A stretch of 29,761 nt of DNA from a virus (lineage: Duplodnaviria; Caudoviricetes). The notes under the pieces were generated by a model, which was not told the DNA's origin, searched no databases, and saw only the letters and a list, made by a program, of their open reading frames with translations. This document shows positions 1 through 8,741 of this stretch, in pieces. Position 1 is the first letter of the stretch. Each line of letters opens with the position of its first letter. The stretch spans positions 1-29,761 of the IMG/VR virus record IMGVR_UViG_3300044267_003698; one strand, 5' to 3'. A program made the translations under genes and the position numbers.

Positions 1-2517
1 GGTCAGCAGGTCTAACGCTGGCTGTTCCGCGCCTGGGGCTCCAGATGTAGCCGTGTCGATGACCTGGCTCATCCAACCCTTACGGTCGCTACCAAGGAGC
101 GTATTGAACGGACCATAAGGCCAAGCAGGAACAAGGTAATCGGTTGTTACGCCTGAGCCATGAGAGAGCAATCTTACGAAAAGCCCACGCGCCTTTAGCA
201 GGTTGGCGTCTGTTAGTCCGACCTCTTGCGACTTGTAGCACCAGTCTACAGGCAGTGCGACGTTATCGTCTTTGGACATGTCAGGCGTCCCAAGGTGCCA
301 CTGCTCCCAGCTTATAACGGATGCAATACGCGCAGTCCCGCCCGATGTAAACGACGCATTCGTAACCACGCTAAACCCAAACGACCTTACTCCGGCATCG
401 TTAAGTCTTTGCATCGGAAGATACATAAGCATGTTCACGCGGTCTTCGTTAGAAGATATAACCGGAACCGCGCCGCCAGAAGCAAACGCAATGCTAATCC
501 TATTGGCAGCAGATTGCGTCACAGTATATCCACCAAGGCCTGCAATACGTTCGCTTGGCAGCGCGTAATCTATTGCGCCAGTAGCGGCAGATGGGTCATC
601 TAGCCTTGGCTTCCAATTGGTATTGTCAAACCCAAGCGTTACTGACCACGCAGAAACGCCGCTAGCAGGCGTAATAGTGTTTACAGGGAACACCACTGTG
701 ATAGGCACCCACCACACGTCTTCGTTGTTAATTACGGTAGAAGCTGCCGCCGTCGACTTGAACTTGTACCCACGGTCTACCTTGAATGGTTTGTCTAGGT
801 ACATCGTAACTTTATGCAGCGGGTTTCTAGAGTCATAGTATCCGGCTGTGCTCAGGTACACATAGTTCTGCGCGGGTATTCGATAGTCCTCGTCCTCAAC
901 TGAGCGGTCAATCGAACCGCCTCGACCGTACACCAGGACTTGATAGTTGGTGCCGCCGACATCGAGACCTGCTGCGCTTGCGTCATCATGTGACTGACTT
1001 AAAGGTCCTGTGACAAGAGCAACGGTGTCGTCCCCCGTAACCATCCAGGGGGACTTAATACGAAGGTTAGAACCAACATCTGCCGCGCCGGCACCGTTAA
1101 TGTGGACCATTGACTCAACAGTCCAGTACGCCCACTTGCCATTACATAGCACCCACATCTCTCGCTCTTCAGGAAACACGGCAAACACCGCATCCAGCTT
1201 GGGCGAGTACGCCATGTGACACCGTGTGTCGTTAAGGCGCAATGTAGTGTCTGGCATATTCTGGCTGTCTGATGCGACAGGCGTAGATACGCCGTTAGCC
1301 ACGTAGTAGCTTGTCATTGGGTTGGTCACAAAGTCCGTAAAGAACGGAGCAATGACGTCAGCCACCGGACTTACAATGAGGTTTCCAGTGGTCCGATACA
1401 CGTTGTTTCGGTCCATCCACACAATGTCATTGCCGGTCTTTACCCATGAGTTTGCATTAAGGCACCCAACGGTATCACTTATTTTTGTCAGCGAGCCCGA
1501 GCCTAAAGCCCCGGTAGAAGGAATCCTAAACACAAACGTCTCAGTAGATGTCCATATAGTAAGGTTGCCTAACTGCTCTGCGATTGCAGTGATAGGGTTC
1601 TCGCTATCAATGACAATTACGTTATCCCCCAAAACGGACGCATAATAGTCGTCGTCTGAAAAGAATACGGTGCGGTCCCTGGCATACGCCACCTTGTTCC
1701 CTACGGCAGCTATTGCCGAAGGAGGCGGAAAGTCGGATGGTATAAGATAAGACAGACCGTCTGCCGCGCCGCCAAACAGCCCCTGGCCCGCCATGACTAA
1801 AGGTGACACCACTGACGACTCACCATAAGGTCGAGATGACTCGTGCCAATATGCCCCGGTAACCTGCACGGTCCTCTGCGTAACATCTTGAAACTTTGTG
1901 GGATAATAAATCCACGCACCAAGAACGGGGTGTGAAAAGATAACCCTGTCTTTAGTTTCGACAAACGTAAAGGCATGGTCTCCAGCAGACAGTGTTGTGA
2001 CCCACCGTTGCCTGTCATACGTTGTATCCGTCTCATAGTTGGCGTGCATTGTCGCCAACGGATAGCTAGCAGCATCTTCGTAAGCGGTTGATATGTTTAG
2101 TGTCACATCAGACTTCTGGCTTACAGTGTGCTGGTAAAGGGGGACCTCCCACCGGGTGCCATCCGTGAGGTCGTCAATCTGCACCGTGTATATTGGTATG
2201 CGCCTAGATGACCTAAGCGTTGTGCCGAGGATGGTGTCCCCAGTATTGGCGTTACCTTCAAAGACTGAAACTATCTGCTCATGGTCAAAGTTGGTTTTGA
2301 TGAGCCTGCTTCCGAGATGCTTTTGCAGGGTGGTGTTTCCTCTTCCTGCAATATCGGGCAACGCCATCGTTGAGCACCGCTGTGCAAACTGGCCGAAGCC
2401 TTTCCTTACTTCCCATGCACCTCGACGAAATATCATGTTCATTGCAAACGACCCCTTCGTAGGGGCGTCTAGCTTACATCCATCACCTAATATCTCAGTC
2501 TCGGTATACTTAGGCAT
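1..2517 (-). CDS. Tail nozzle / head-stabilisation-type virion protein (P22 gp10 / T7 gp12-like), truncated by window edge
   Basis: Absent from the ORF track. Hand translation from ATG at 2517 (overlapping the upstream TAA as TAATG) is open to position 1: MPKYTETEILGDG...AWEVRKGFGQ...VFFSDDD...ITAIAEQLGNLTIWT...ISDTVGCLNANSWV...IVWMDRNNVY. Beta-propeller-like pattern; position after portal and adaptor. Confidence 0.75.
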   Translation of the reverse strand, partial: MPKYTETEILGDGCKLDAPTKGSFAMNMIFRRGAWEVRKGFGQFAQRCSTMALPDIAGRGNTTLQKHLGSRLIKTNFDHEQIVSVFEGNANTGDTILGTTLRSSRRIPIYTVQIDDLTDGTRWEVPLYQHTVSQKSDVTLNISTAYEDAASYPLATMHANYETDTTYDRQRWVTTLSAGDHAFTFVETKDRVIFSHPVLGAWIYYPTKFQDVTQRTVQVTGAYWHESSRPYGESSVVSPLVMAGQGLFGGAADGLSYLIPSDFPPPSAIAAVGNKVAYARDRTVFFSDDDYYASVLGDNVIVIDSENPITAIAEQLGNLTIWTSTETFVFRIPSTGALGSGSLTKISDTVGCLNANSWVKTGNDIVWMDRNNVYRTTGNLIVSPVADVIAPFFTDFVTNPMTSYYVANGVSTPVASDSQNMPDTTLRLNDTRCHMAYSPKLDAVFAVFPEEREMWVLCNGKWAYWTVESMVHINGAGAADVGSNLRIKSPWMVTGDDTVALVTGPLSQSHDDASAAGLDVGGTNYQVLVYGRGGSIDRSVEDEDYRIPAQNYVYLSTAGYYDSRNPLHKVTMYLDKPFKVDRGYKFKSTAAASTVINNEDVWWVPITVVFPVNTITPASGVSAWSVTLGFDNTNWKPRLDDPSAATGAIDYALPSERIAGLGGYTVTQSAANRISIAFASGGAVPVISSNEDRVNMLMYLPMQRLNDAGVRSFGFSVVTNASFTSGGTARIASVISWEQWHLGTPDMSKDDNVALPVDWCYKSQEVGLTDANLLKARGLFVRLLSHGSGVTTDYLVPAWPYGPFNTLLGSDRKGWMSQVIDTATSGAPGAEQPALDLLT

Positions 2518-3203
2518 TAGACGTCCTCGTATGAATCGGATGTCCTTCTCACGTACTGAACCCCTTCAAAGTTGCGACGGTTCATATACGCCTCTAACTC
2601 CCTAAGCCTCATGCCTAGTTGCATCATGAGGGGCTGATTTACGTTTGCGTCTCGAATCGAGTACTGCTTGTAAGCCAGCAGCGCGATGATATCGTGAAAC
2701 ATTGCGAGGTCATCAACGTACTCAGCACCGGCACCGGTTGCCGTGTTTGCCCAGTTCACCGAGTTCTCTGGAATGTACGTCACAATCAGGTTGCTTCCAG
2801 GTGCTAGCGACAGGTACAGCGTCGTTCCCTGTAAGTAATAAGACCGATACGTCGACTGTAGGTCACGCAAGCCTTGCGCCGATTTCCAGAGCAGGTCATT
2901 CGGTGTTGAGCTGGTGGGTGTGCGAACCTGAATAAGCTGGGTCATTCGCTGCACACCAGCAGACAGGTTACTTCCCAGTATCCTCACCGCATTTGCAGGC
3001 AACGCAAGGTCATACTCAGTGACGCTTGCTGCCGGGATAGACACGTCTACCGCATAGGTGTGAGGTGCCATGTCGCTTACCTTCCACCGGAACTCGTTGT
3101 ACCCGGTGAGAAGGTAGCTTGCGACATCTGCTGCGGTAAGCCACGTCGTATCGGGCTCATCGCAGTATTGCCGAAACAGATTAGTAATCTCGAAGACAAA
3201 CAT
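2517..3203 (-). CDS. Head-tail adaptor-like protein
   Basis: 228 aa directly after the portal. Helical N-terminus, beta middle and C-terminal FHDIIALLAYKQY resemble phage adaptor proteins. Confidence 0.65.
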   Translation of the reverse strand: MFVFEITNLFRQYCDEPDTTWLTAADVASYLLTGYNEFRWKVSDMAPHTYAVDVSIPAASVTEYDLALPANAVRILGSNLSAGVQRMTQLIQVRTPTSSTPNDLLWKSAQGLRDLQSTYRSYYLQGTTLYLSLAPGSNLIVTYIPENSVNWANTATGAGAEYVDDLAMFHDIIALLAYKQYSIRDANVNQPLMMQLGMRLRELEAYMNRRNFEGVQYVRRTSDSYEDV

Positions 3204-5119
3204 CAGTACCCCGGTCCTACTGGTGATATAAGGGCTTCACTGCGCTGACCCATGCGTGACACCGCATCTTCCACTTGGTCGCGTCTGGCGGCCTCGTAGA
3301 CCTGCTCCTGGCCCATTTGGTTGAGCGCCTGTTGAGACTCTTGGATTCCAAGCTCGGTTGCCTGCTCAACTTCTGGTGCAGCTACGGGAGTTTTGCGCGG
3401 CCAAACGCTTCGGTTCATCGCGGCCTTTTGATACGCCTCGTCTCCCATACCAAAGGTAGAGATGGCAACGTAGACATCGCTAAGGTAGTCCTGCCTATCT
3501 TCAGGAAGGAGGTAGAAGTCCTCGGACTGCATGAACTCTTCCCATACCTGCTTAAACGCTTTGAGGTCATCAGACGCAAATATCTCGATGTCGTATCCAG
3601 ATGCTGCGGCTGCGAGCAGGTCTTGCGCGTGAGACATCTGTGCGATGTGACGCGAGACGTAAGCGTTCGACGTTCGGAAGGAAAGCTCCCTGGTCGCAGT
3701 TTCCTGGTCAACCAACCCAAGCTTGAATAGCTCAAGCACTCGGCTGTCGCGGTCATGCGCTTCGGTTCTAAACAAAGACCCCGGCTGCAAGAACACTTCC
3801 GGGTCCTCGGTAAGGTTGGTTGAGTCTAACTCTTTGTGGACTACGCTTCCGAGCGTATCCATCATGCGAAGCATTTTGCGCTCGGTGTAGTATCGCTTCG
3901 CGATAACAAGCGTAAGCCTTGCGACCTCTTTAATGCCTCGCTCCATTGCGTTCTGAGACACCTGAAGCTGACTCATGTCGTTACGCGAAAGCACGTCGAT
4001 GGCGCTACCGCTAGACACGTTGACCGCACGCTTACCGAGCGTTACCGAGTGAATGCCTGCAACGTCCTGCATCTCAGACTGGATACGGGTAATGTTGTCG
4101 AGCACGTATCCTGGCAGCGGCTTCGGTGGTGCCATCTCAGGCTTGCCCCCAGCAGCATTATAATAAACCTTCTCCCCGGGCCTGTCGGTAAACGAGGACG
4201 TGTCGACACCGGCAGTTTTTGGGATGAGCCATTTGGGGTTCCCCATCAACTCCACATTCTGGAGAACCTGTGACCGTGACTTATTATAATACCACTGAAG
4301 ACGAACCAAAGGAGAAACAAGACCTACTCCCCACAACCTTGTAGGTATAGACGAGTAGCGAACAATCTGAACAGGGAACGGGTCGGTGACTCCGTTCTCT
4401 TCTTTAAACAGATATGTCTGCCCCATAAGGATGGCGTGACGACCGTCCCTCCAGTAAACCTCGTATGTTTCTACGCGGTTGGCAGGAACCATGTCACCTA
4501 AGGGGCCGCCTTCTTTCGACTTGTCTGTAGTGGCTGCGTCTTCAATTTCTTTCTCATGGTCTGGATACGCAGCCTTAAGGGCGCTTCTTGTATGATACGT
4601 CCGTATCGCAATCCACTGAGACTCCTCAGGGTCCGCCACCTTAGCTTCAAAGAATAAGTCGTATGGGCTGACAACATCCGTGTGTGCCCGCTTTAGCTTA
4701 GGGTCATAATAGGTATGGAACCCTACAGTACCGAAAGAGAGCAAGTGCTCGATGGCGACCTTAATCGTCTCCGCCATGTCATCGGCTTGCCAGTGGTATT
4801 GAAGTAACCACTCGCTTGTCTTTGCTTTTACGATGTCGCTTGTCGACGGACTAGCGGGCAAAACCGCGATGGCAGGGTAGTTCACCATCATGCGCGACAA
4901 GATGTTTCGGTACATATTGAGGAGCAGGTTGACGGTGACCCTGGTGTTCGACTGCTGCGGGCGGTCCATTGACCATTGGCGCAAGCTGTCGTTGTACGTG
5001 AGCCACTGGTTTCCGCTCAAGAAAAGAACGCACAAGTCCCACGCACGAGTGTAGCTAGACTTGTCGTCTTCGCTCTCTTTGATGAGCCCTCTCATATTAG
5101 TGGGGAACTTATCGCTCAT
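3203..5119 (-). CDS. Portal protein (P22-like)
   Basis: 638 aa with portal-like segments (FLSGNQW, VTVNLL, VVSPYDLFFE, RLWGVGLV..L..LQ..YNK..SQ, EMQDVAGIHSVTLG, SGSAI). Confidence 0.88.
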   Translation of the reverse strand: MSDKFPTNMRGLIKESEDDKSSYTRAWDLCVLFLSGNQWLTYNDSLRQWSMDRPQQSNTRVTVNLLLNMYRNILSRMMVNYPAIAVLPASPSTSDIVKAKTSEWLLQYHWQADDMAETIKVAIEHLLSFGTVGFHTYYDPKLKRAHTDVVSPYDLFFEAKVADPEESQWIAIRTYHTRSALKAAYPDHEKEIEDAATTDKSKEGGPLGDMVPANRVETYEVYWRDGRHAILMGQTYLFKEENGVTDPFPVQIVRYSSIPTRLWGVGLVSPLVRLQWYYNKSRSQVLQNVELMGNPKWLIPKTAGVDTSSFTDRPGEKVYYNAAGGKPEMAPPKPLPGYVLDNITRIQSEMQDVAGIHSVTLGKRAVNVSSGSAIDVLSRNDMSQLQVSQNAMERGIKEVARLTLVIAKRYYTERKMLRMMDTLGSVVHKELDSTNLTEDPEVFLQPGSLFRTEAHDRDSRVLELFKLGLVDQETATRELSFRTSNAYVSRHIAQMSHAQDLLAAAASGYDIEIFASDDLKAFKQVWEEFMQSEDFYLLPEDRQDYLSDVYVAISTFGMGDEAYQKAAMNRSVWPRKTPVAAPEVEQATELGIQESQQALNQMGQEQVYEAARRDQVEDAVSRMGQRSEALISPVGPGY

Positions 5120-5469
5120 TGCTCAATACCCAGTGCCTTCATTCGTTTCTGTAGTTTCTTTTGAAGCTCAAGAGACTTCTGCGCCTTGTCGTATTGCGTG
5201 AACTGTTGACCAGCCTGCGAGACTCGTTGCATCATATCCTCTTCGTTTCCTTCCATCAGGTTTCCCACGGTCTGCCCAGCGGTATTCCCAAGCCCTGCTC
5301 CAGCGACTGCACCCGCAGGTCCGCCCGTTACGGCACCTGCAATTCCGCCGCCGATACCTCCAAGGACGCCTAGCACTGTGGACGCGACATTGCTTTGCTC
5401 GTCGTCAAGAGCGCCTCTTCCCCCTGACAGCCTTAGTGCTGCTCTGCTTCTTGGTGTCATCATTGCCAT
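5116..5469 (-). CDS. Glycine-zipper protein, possible virion membrane-contact/ejection protein
   Basis: GxxxG-rich hydrophobic segment (LGVLGGIGGGIAGAVTGGPAGAVAGAGLG); ATGA-coupled to the portal gene. Confidence 0.6.
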   Translation of the reverse strand: MAMMTPRSRAALRLSGGRGALDDEQSNVASTVLGVLGGIGGGIAGAVTGGPAGAVAGAGLGNTAGQTVGNLMEGNEEDMMQRVSQAGQQFTQYDKAQKSLELQKKLQKRMKALGIEQ

Positions 5470-5651
5470 AGAGAGCCTCCGATATCTTCTTGAGAAGACA
5501 CAATGTCAAGGGGGTCAGCATCATAACTAGTGAGCCTAATAGATTCATCGTGCTGTTTAATTTCACGACGCTTTTTCTTAATCAAATCAACGATGTATAT
5601 GTTTAGCGTAATGGCGGTTATGACCACTGACGCGAGTGCCAAGTCTATCAT
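5460..5651 (-). CDS. Small membrane protein
   Basis: N-terminal hydrophobic helix followed by KKKRR; overlaps both neighbours in the operon. Confidence 0.6.
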   Translation of the reverse strand: MIDLALASVVITAITLNIYIVDLIKKKRREIKQHDESIRLTSYDADPLDIVSSQEDIGGSLWQ

Positions 5652-5842
5652 TTCTTTCGACCCTTGGCTGCCATTTTAGCCATGCCTTTCTTTCCGTATT
5701 TCTTGCGCCCAATAAATGCCGCCAAGGCCTTTGACCCTACGGCTTTAGATAGCGCAGCGAACCGCTTGCCATCACCAGGCTTAGACGTCTTCTTCGCCTT
5801 CTCATACATCTTCATAGCGGCTTTTTTGCGTGAACCTGGCAT
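5648..5842 (-). CDS. Small Lys-rich phage protein
   Basis: 64 aa, very basic (GDGKRF..L, ALAAFIGRKKYGKK); AGGAG SD upstream. Confidence 0.7.
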   Translation of the reverse strand: MPGSRKKAAMKMYEKAKKTSKPGDGKRFAALSKAVGSKALAAFIGRKKYGKKGMAKMAAKGRKK

Positions 5843-5851
5843 GGCTTTCTC

Positions 5852-6148
5852 CTAACAGTTCCATTTACGGAGTGACTTGTTTATGCGGCTCTTGGGGTCA
5901 CGAGCCGTCTTCTTGCTGGTAAGCTTTTTCTTCATACCTTTCATGCGAGCACAAAATGCGTCCCGCCGTTTTCCGCCCTCTGGCTGTGGGCGTTTAAGGT
6001 CAGACCCTGGATTCTCTTTCTCGTAAGACTTGCGACCCTTTTCGTTAAGTCCGCCTGACGGGTCTTTCCCCTCTTTACGAGTCCACGCAGCGGTCTTCTT
6101 GCGCTTACCCATAAGACGCTTCGCTGCATCTTTGCGTGCTCGTGCCAC
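5852..6148 (-). CDS. Small basic phage protein (DUF6321-like)
   Basis: AWTRKEGK..SGGLN.KGR.SY...NPGS.LK...RR..FCARM.GMK...SRINKSLR.W.C is a recognisable conserved phage motif; AGGAGG SD before GTG. Confidence 0.75.
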   Translation of the reverse strand: MARARKDAAKRLMGKRKKTAAWTRKEGKDPSGGLNEKGRKSYEKENPGSDLKRPQPEGGKRRDAFCARMKGMKKKLTSKKTARDPKSRINKSLRKWNC

Positions 6149-6164
6149 GGGGACCTCCTAAAGG

Positions 6165-6190
6165 AAGGGGGGCCGAAGCCCCCCTTTTTT
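6165..6190 (-). terminator. Intrinsic terminator after the major capsid gene (possibly bidirectional)
   Basis: Minus strand GGGGGGC-TTCG-GCCCCCC then TTCCTTT (cUUCGg loop); a T6 tract follows the stem on the plus strand. Confidence 0.85.
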
Positions 6191-6198
6191 AGTGCAAC

Positions 6199-7764
6199 CT
6201 AGTTGTATCCAATGAGGATGCAGTTGTTATTGGGATGCTTTGCAACAACATTCCAATACCAACGATAGTAACCCTCAAACGCATCGCTGTTTCCAACTCG
6301 CGAGAGGACGTTCCCATCAAGGTCAGCAAACCCAGGCGACTGAAGCTCGGTCAGGCACCAGGAGTCTTTACGCATGAAAATCATGGCGCGACGGTGGCAG
6401 GCGCGACTCGTGCGAATTGGCACACCGGCAAACGCGATGTCCAAGAACGAACCGTCACCCTTAGCCTTGGTTCCAGCGGGGTTCATCTGGATAGTCGCGT
6501 TGAGGATTCCGATATAAGCCTGACGGTCAACAGGGTTGAGCAGGATAATATCGGGAGCCTCTCCACCACCACCGGGAAGCGTTCCGCCACCGGCACCAGG
6601 CGTAGCCTGCGGGTCAAGGTCAACAGCGTCCATAAGGGCAGTCATGCGCGGAAGCGCGAGAACTGCTCGACCCTGGTCGCGAGGCGCTGCAAACGCTGCG
6701 CCGCCCGGAACATTCACCTGAACGTGTCCACGCAACGACGGAGCTGCACCATCGGCAGCAACCGCAGGCACGGCAGTTCCGTCCTGAACATTCCGCGTAA
6801 CACCGTAGTGTGCCGCTGAAGACAGGTTGGTGTAGATTCCATTCGCTTCCGCAAACGTAGCAACGGTTACCGCACCGCCCACTGCGAGGCCTGGGTTAAG
6901 TGCGCTGTTGTTCACTCCTACTGGCACATTACCACTATCGACTGCCTGCACGGGTCGCAATGAAACCGCCACACCAAATCCGGGCGCAATATCGCTCGTG
7001 ATGTAGCTACCACCACCACCAGCGTCGGTGCCAAATGCAATCGAAATGGTGCCTGCGTTCGGGTTGATTCCACGGACCCAGAAGTTAGGGTTCGTCGCAC
7101 CAGCACTAAGCGTTACCGGATTGTAGGTGTCGGTACGAATAAGGTCGACCGGCACCCAAGTGGCAAAGTTTGCCAGCGCAGGCTGCGCTCCTGCAAACAC
7201 AGTAAAGTCTCCCTGGTATTGGAAGTCCTGTGCGGCAACTTGAGTCATCGCACCAGCGACAATAAGCTGCGGTCCAGCGGTAGCTCCGCCTGTACCGGCA
7301 GCCGATGCATCGCAACGCTCGTTAAGGTAACCACGCACGCGACCACCGAAGATGGTGGTTTGATTTGCTTGGTTACGCACGTCGGCTGCAAGCTTCTTCA
7401 TCTCAGCATCGGTGTAGCTGATGAACGAGCCAACACCACCCGTCTTCGCGGCAGCGATAGCGGGACCTGAGACTTGGAAACGACCGTACTGGAAGGAGGC
7501 TTCAATCTGAAGACGCTCATATCCCTGCTCTCCAGCCTGGGGGAGCGTGCTTGCAGCAGCAACACCAACACCGGTTTCGCCACGGAAGGCTACGCCTGTG
7601 TTACGGGATACGTGGATAGGCATGATGGCAACGCGACCGTTCCAGTCGATTGTCGCCTTTTCCATTAATTCGAGGGCTAGGACTTCATTATTTAATTGGT
7701 CCAGGATGGGACCTATATAAAACTCTTTAAGAATAGAAGCGAAAGTAGCTAATGTAGCTGGCAT
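6199..7764 (-). CDS. Major capsid protein (HK97-like fold, large central insertion)
   Basis: 521 aa after the scaffold and followed by a terminator. LKEFY....DQLN, LPQAG.Q.Y, YGRFQVSGPAI and C-terminal F.G.PI...R / VLSRV...DAFE.Y...Y segments are typical of phage capsids. Confidence 0.85.
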   Translation of the reverse strand: MPATLATFASILKEFYIGPILDQLNNEVLALELMEKATIDWNGRVAIMPIHVSRNTGVAFRGETGVGVAAASTLPQAGEQGYERLQIEASFQYGRFQVSGPAIAAAKTGGVGSFISYTDAEMKKLAADVRNQANQTTIFGGRVRGYLNERCDASAAGTGGATAGPQLIVAGAMTQVAAQDFQYQGDFTVFAGAQPALANFATWVPVDLIRTDTYNPVTLSAGATNPNFWVRGINPNAGTISIAFGTDAGGGGSYITSDIAPGFGVAVSLRPVQAVDSGNVPVGVNNSALNPGLAVGGAVTVATFAEANGIYTNLSSAAHYGVTRNVQDGTAVPAVAADGAAPSLRGHVQVNVPGGAAFAAPRDQGRAVLALPRMTALMDAVDLDPQATPGAGGGTLPGGGGEAPDIILLNPVDRQAYIGILNATIQMNPAGTKAKGDGSFLDIAFAGVPIRTSRACHRRAMIFMRKDSWCLTELQSPGFADLDGNVLSRVGNSDAFEGYYRWYWNVVAKHPNNNCILIGYN

Positions 7765-7775
7765 TTTTTATTTCC

Positions 7776-8711
7776 TTACACGAATGGATTGTTGTTTTTG
7801 AGGAACGCTCTCAGTGCTTTAGATGCATCTTTGAGGTCCTTTGGTTTATGGTCCCCCGCTGATATCGGTGAGTTGACGGGCGCACTGGCAGCTTTAGATG
7901 GGCGTGGCGCAACTGCTTGCGCGACATCTTCTTTAGCCTCCGCCTTGGCCTGAGAGACAGACTTGCCTTCAGCCAGGTGGCGTGCAATCGCCGCTTCTTC
8001 AATCGAGACAATAAAGGAGGAGTATTGTTCTGCGACTTCCATGATATTAGCGGAATCATCATTTATGACAGCTTGAAGCAGGGCTTCCCTTGGCACCACT
8101 GGATATTTCTGTTGAGCTACGCTCAAGTCGTTCTCCAGTTTTACCGTGGCCTGAGACACCTCGTATTCATGCATTCGGTTACGCATCTGCGCCATCTCCT
8201 GCATCCAAGGCTCTTGATGTCCAGATTGACCTTCGTCAGACAGCATGGCTAACAATTCTTCATCACTCATATCCTGCACGCTGCGGTATTGCTGCTGCGG
8301 AATGGATGGCTGCGCCTGTTGTGCTGTTCCTGCTTTAAGTCTCTCTATCTCTTGTCTCAGGCTATCAAGCTCAGACTTGTAGCCATTACGGGCGTCAACA
8401 ACTTCCTTAAATCTCGTGTAAGGAACACGATGTAGAGAACTGGCTTCCGAGTCGCCCGACTCCTCGGCGCTACTAGCGCTGTCACTGCCAGCCCCTACTT
8501 CCTCCGAAGAAGCCTTTTCTTTAACGACTGCGGCTTCATCAGTCGATGTTTGAGAGGAGGGCAAGGTGGTGTCACCGTCTTCTTTTCCTGCTTCTTGTGC
8601 TGCACTAGGGCGCTCCGTTACCTGCTCTGGGGACGAGAGCACGTCACCGGCGTCACCCCCAAGCATATCACGGACCTTGTCGACCGCGCCACTGTCCAGA
8701 TATCCACTCAC
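7776..8711 (-). CDS. Capsid scaffolding protein
   Basis: Acidic disordered N-terminus, VPYTRFKEV motif, coiled coil and short C-terminal helix; directly upstream of the capsid gene; GGAGGT SD. Confidence 0.8.
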   Translation of the reverse strand: MSGYLDSGAVDKVRDMLGGDAGDVLSSPEQVTERPSAAQEAGKEDGDTTLPSSQTSTDEAAVVKEKASSEEVGAGSDSASSAEESGDSEASSLHRVPYTRFKEVVDARNGYKSELDSLRQEIERLKAGTAQQAQPSIPQQQYRSVQDMSDEELLAMLSDEGQSGHQEPWMQEMAQMRNRMHEYEVSQATVKLENDLSVAQQKYPVVPREALLQAVINDDSANIMEVAEQYSSFIVSIEEAAIARHLAEGKSVSQAKAEAKEDVAQAVAPRPSKAASAPVNSPISAGDHKPKDLKDASKALRAFLKNNNPFV

Positions 8712-8741
8712 CTTGACCTCCTAAAAAAACGTATAGTTGAT

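Noticed and set aside
1-2517. Apparent gene-free region or stop-codon reassignment
   Set aside because: Hand translation shows one open minus-strand frame running off the edge; all core genes are intact under the standard code.
226-2935. Many plus-strand ORFs
   Set aside because: Antisense shadows of structural genes with no recognisable protein features.
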